A stretch of DNA of 64,000 nucleotides from Negaprion brevirostris (Eukaryota). The translations under genes and the position numbers were made by a program. The DNA is taken from the NCBI GenBank assembly GCA_030324005.1, contig JARDVH010000140.1, positions 30,862,470-30,926,469 of the forward strand, in the 5' to 3' direction. Of this stretch, positions 61,421-64,000 are shown piece by piece. Position 1 is the stretch's first letter, and each line of letters begins with the position of its first letter. Below the pieces are notes generated by a model that saw only the letters and a list, made by a program, of their open reading frames with translations, made no database searches and was not told the DNA's origin.

Positions 61421-62426
61421 TCAGTGCTATGTCATAATCCTCATCATAAAGAAGTAATCTGTCATGTGACCCACTCCAAAATGTTATCTGGTGTTGATAA
61501 TGTGAAAATTATGGCTGTTAGAGGAAATTTGGTTTCATAATTGGGACATAATGTCATTTAATACACAAGGTCATGAATTTAAGGTAACTAAATTTATCCA
61601 ATTCTAATTTTATTAACCGATATCCTGAAATTTTTATTGTTTTTTTAAAGGATTGAATTCCACAATTGTTCATTTGTCTGTGAAAATTTTAAAAGTGTCT
61701 TTCGTTATCCGTGTGTTCATAAATGAGGGGCTTAATTTTTATATGCACTTCGTCATCTATATTTTTAATTTTGATCTCTTACTTTTTTTAGAAGCATAGC
61801 AAGATGTACCAGGTTGGAGTCAAGGGTCAAATGGTATTAAGGAACAGAATCATGGAATTTAGCAAGACTGTTGGAAATAGGTAGGAAACCTCATGTTATA
61901 CCTTACATTGGCATGAAACAACGTAATCTGACAAGATTTTCCGCTCCTATTGCTGATCCTGACTGATGAAAATGGGAGCAGAAAATCCCCCCAATGATTT
62001 TAGTTTAGATGCATGCATTGTAATGAAAGCTTACGACGTGAAAGCAAACAAGGATTAAAGAACACTAAGCTGTTGCTTGGCAACCATCGCCACCCTGGGA
62101 CAGAAAGAACTTTTAAATTAGTTGTAAGCTGAACCCAGGAGAAGCTTGACAGGATAAGGCAGCTGCAGAGAGCAGACTTCTCAAAAGAAAGTCCCAAAAA
62201 ACAGGGAGTGGGGACAAAGAAAAATGTCTCAGGGAGACAGTTAAATTAAAAGAACAAAGAACAATAAATTAACCAGGGTACTATCTGAAGTTAAAATAAA
62301 AAGCAGAGAAATTGATCTGAGTTAAATACAGAGCTGCAAGAACCAGATTTAAAGTTGCCTAGCCGAAAGGCCAGTGGAAATCAAAAATTTGATGATGCCT
62401 TAACATAGCCTGTGAAATGGTAGTGT

Positions 62427-62754
62427 TAGAATCATAGCATCCTACAGTGCAGAAAAAGGCCACTCAGCCCATCGAGTCTGCACCAACCACAATTCCACCC
62501 AGGCCCTATCCTCACATATTTATCCACTAATCCCTCTAACCTATGCACCCCAGGACACTAAGGGGCAATTTAGAATGGCCAATCAACTTAACACATACAT
62601 CTTTGGACTGTGGGAGGAAACCAGAGCACCCAGAGGAAACCCACACAGACACAGGGAGAATGTGCAAACTCCACACATACAGTGACCCGAGCCAGCATTC
62701 GAATCCAGGTCCCTGGAGCTGTGAAGCAGCAGTGCTAACCACGGTGCTACCATG
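62427..62754 (-). mobile_element. HE1-like SINE, full length
   Basis: Minus-strand tagcaccgtggttagcactgctg head; CR1-like tail. Confidence 0.9.
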
Positions 62755-63507
62755 TTCTGTTCTTGGGTACCTGAGAGATTGTGTGGCAGCTTGAATGCTC
62801 GTGGCAATCAAAGGCATAAAGATATCGAAAGGATAAATTGAAATCCTGGAGCTTTATCCTTGGTGGTCATCTGAGCAAAAGCTTTGTTTGGGGGAAGATT
62901 CCAAGAGGGCTCTTAAAAGGTAGAATTTCGAAACACTTGCTGGGAAGTCAGAGTTCCAGTGAGACCAGTCAGCTCACAGTGGGATAAGCATCTGAAGAGA
63001 TTTGATGAGAAATCCACAGAAGTTGTATTGGGTGGCATCTGTCACTTGGTTTCAGAATGTTGTAAGCCTAATAACAGTTGGCTTATTGGTTTACATGAAC
63101 TGTGTACTCACTGAGAACATTAGAGGATAAGACATATTTTGCGACTTGTGTACATTTGTAAAGAAATAGTGGGGTAAAGGAGTAGTGTATTCTTGTTAAC
63201 ATCTGTTGGATGTAACTCCCTCATTATACGGTGCTGTTTTATGGCTAACAATATCAACATCTGATATAAAATTGATATGGCCACAAAAAAAATTAGCACT
63301 TTGTAGCCTAACAGCTGGATTTCTCCAACTATTTTCTACTAAGGAAAGAATATAAAGTTACAAAAAAAAAGTAGGTTGAAACTTCTAGTGATGATACTGT
63401 TAGTAAGCTGCTGGGATATTTTACTCTGTTAGACACTAAATATATTGATAGGCTGATACAGCAGAGAATGAATCACCTTAAGTCTATGTTCTCTGGTTGC
63501 TGCCTCT

Positions 63508-63822
63508 TAGAATCATAGAATTCCTGTAGTGCAGTAGGAGGCCATTTGGCCCATCGTGTCTGCTCCAACTTCCCGATACAGCATCTTACTCTGGCCCACC
63601 CCACGCATTTATCCCATTAATCCCCCTAACCTAGACATCTTGGGACAATAAGGGACAATTTAGCATGGCCAGTCCACCTAACCCGCACATCTTTGGGCTT
63701 TGGGAGGAAACTAGAATTCCTGGAGGAAACCCATGCAGAAACAGGAGACTATCCAAACTCCACACAGTCACCCAACATGAGTCCCTGCCACTGAGGCAGC
63801 AGTGCTAACCACTGTGCCACCA
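63508..63822 (-). mobile_element. HE1-like SINE
   Basis: Minus-strand ggcacagtggttagcactgctgcctca head; B-box region deleted. Confidence 0.88.
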
Positions 63823-64000
63823 GGCTGCCTGCCATCAGAAAGTTTATTTATTCTTTTAAAATCATTTTGAACACTTCTATCAAATATTTATTTAACCAAG
63901 TCTGAGCAGTGCTCATCAGCCCACATACAAGTGGTATGAATGTTATCTTTTCTTTTCACTGTGTATGTAAAGAAATCTGATCCATGCAAAATTGAAAATG

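Overview
Vertebrate genomic DNA, almost certainly from a shark: it is AT-rich and dense in HE1-type tRNA SINEs and CR1/L2/RTE LINE debris. The assembly is a draft with many N gaps. The window holds one protein-coding gene on the minus strand, a merlin-like NF2 paralog (nf2b/NF2L type). I traced 16 constitutive coding exons from ATG 54349 to TAA 6301, giving about 588 aa, with GT-AG borders and exon sizes that track human NF2. A probable non-coding first exon lies in a CpG-rich patch near 58.0-58.3 kb. Main observations: (i) three candidate small exons between exon 15 and the last exon, the first resembling NF2 exon 16 but lacking its stop codon, which could insert 43 or 57 aa or swap the C-terminus; (ii) a splice-dependent 3-codon uORF; (iii) a Penelope-type palindrome carrying minimal hammerhead-ribozyme motifs; (iv) a spurious 100-N gap inside exon 14; (v) several local duplications and inversions. 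Repeat family names come from motif recognition, not database searches, and repeat boundaries are approximate.
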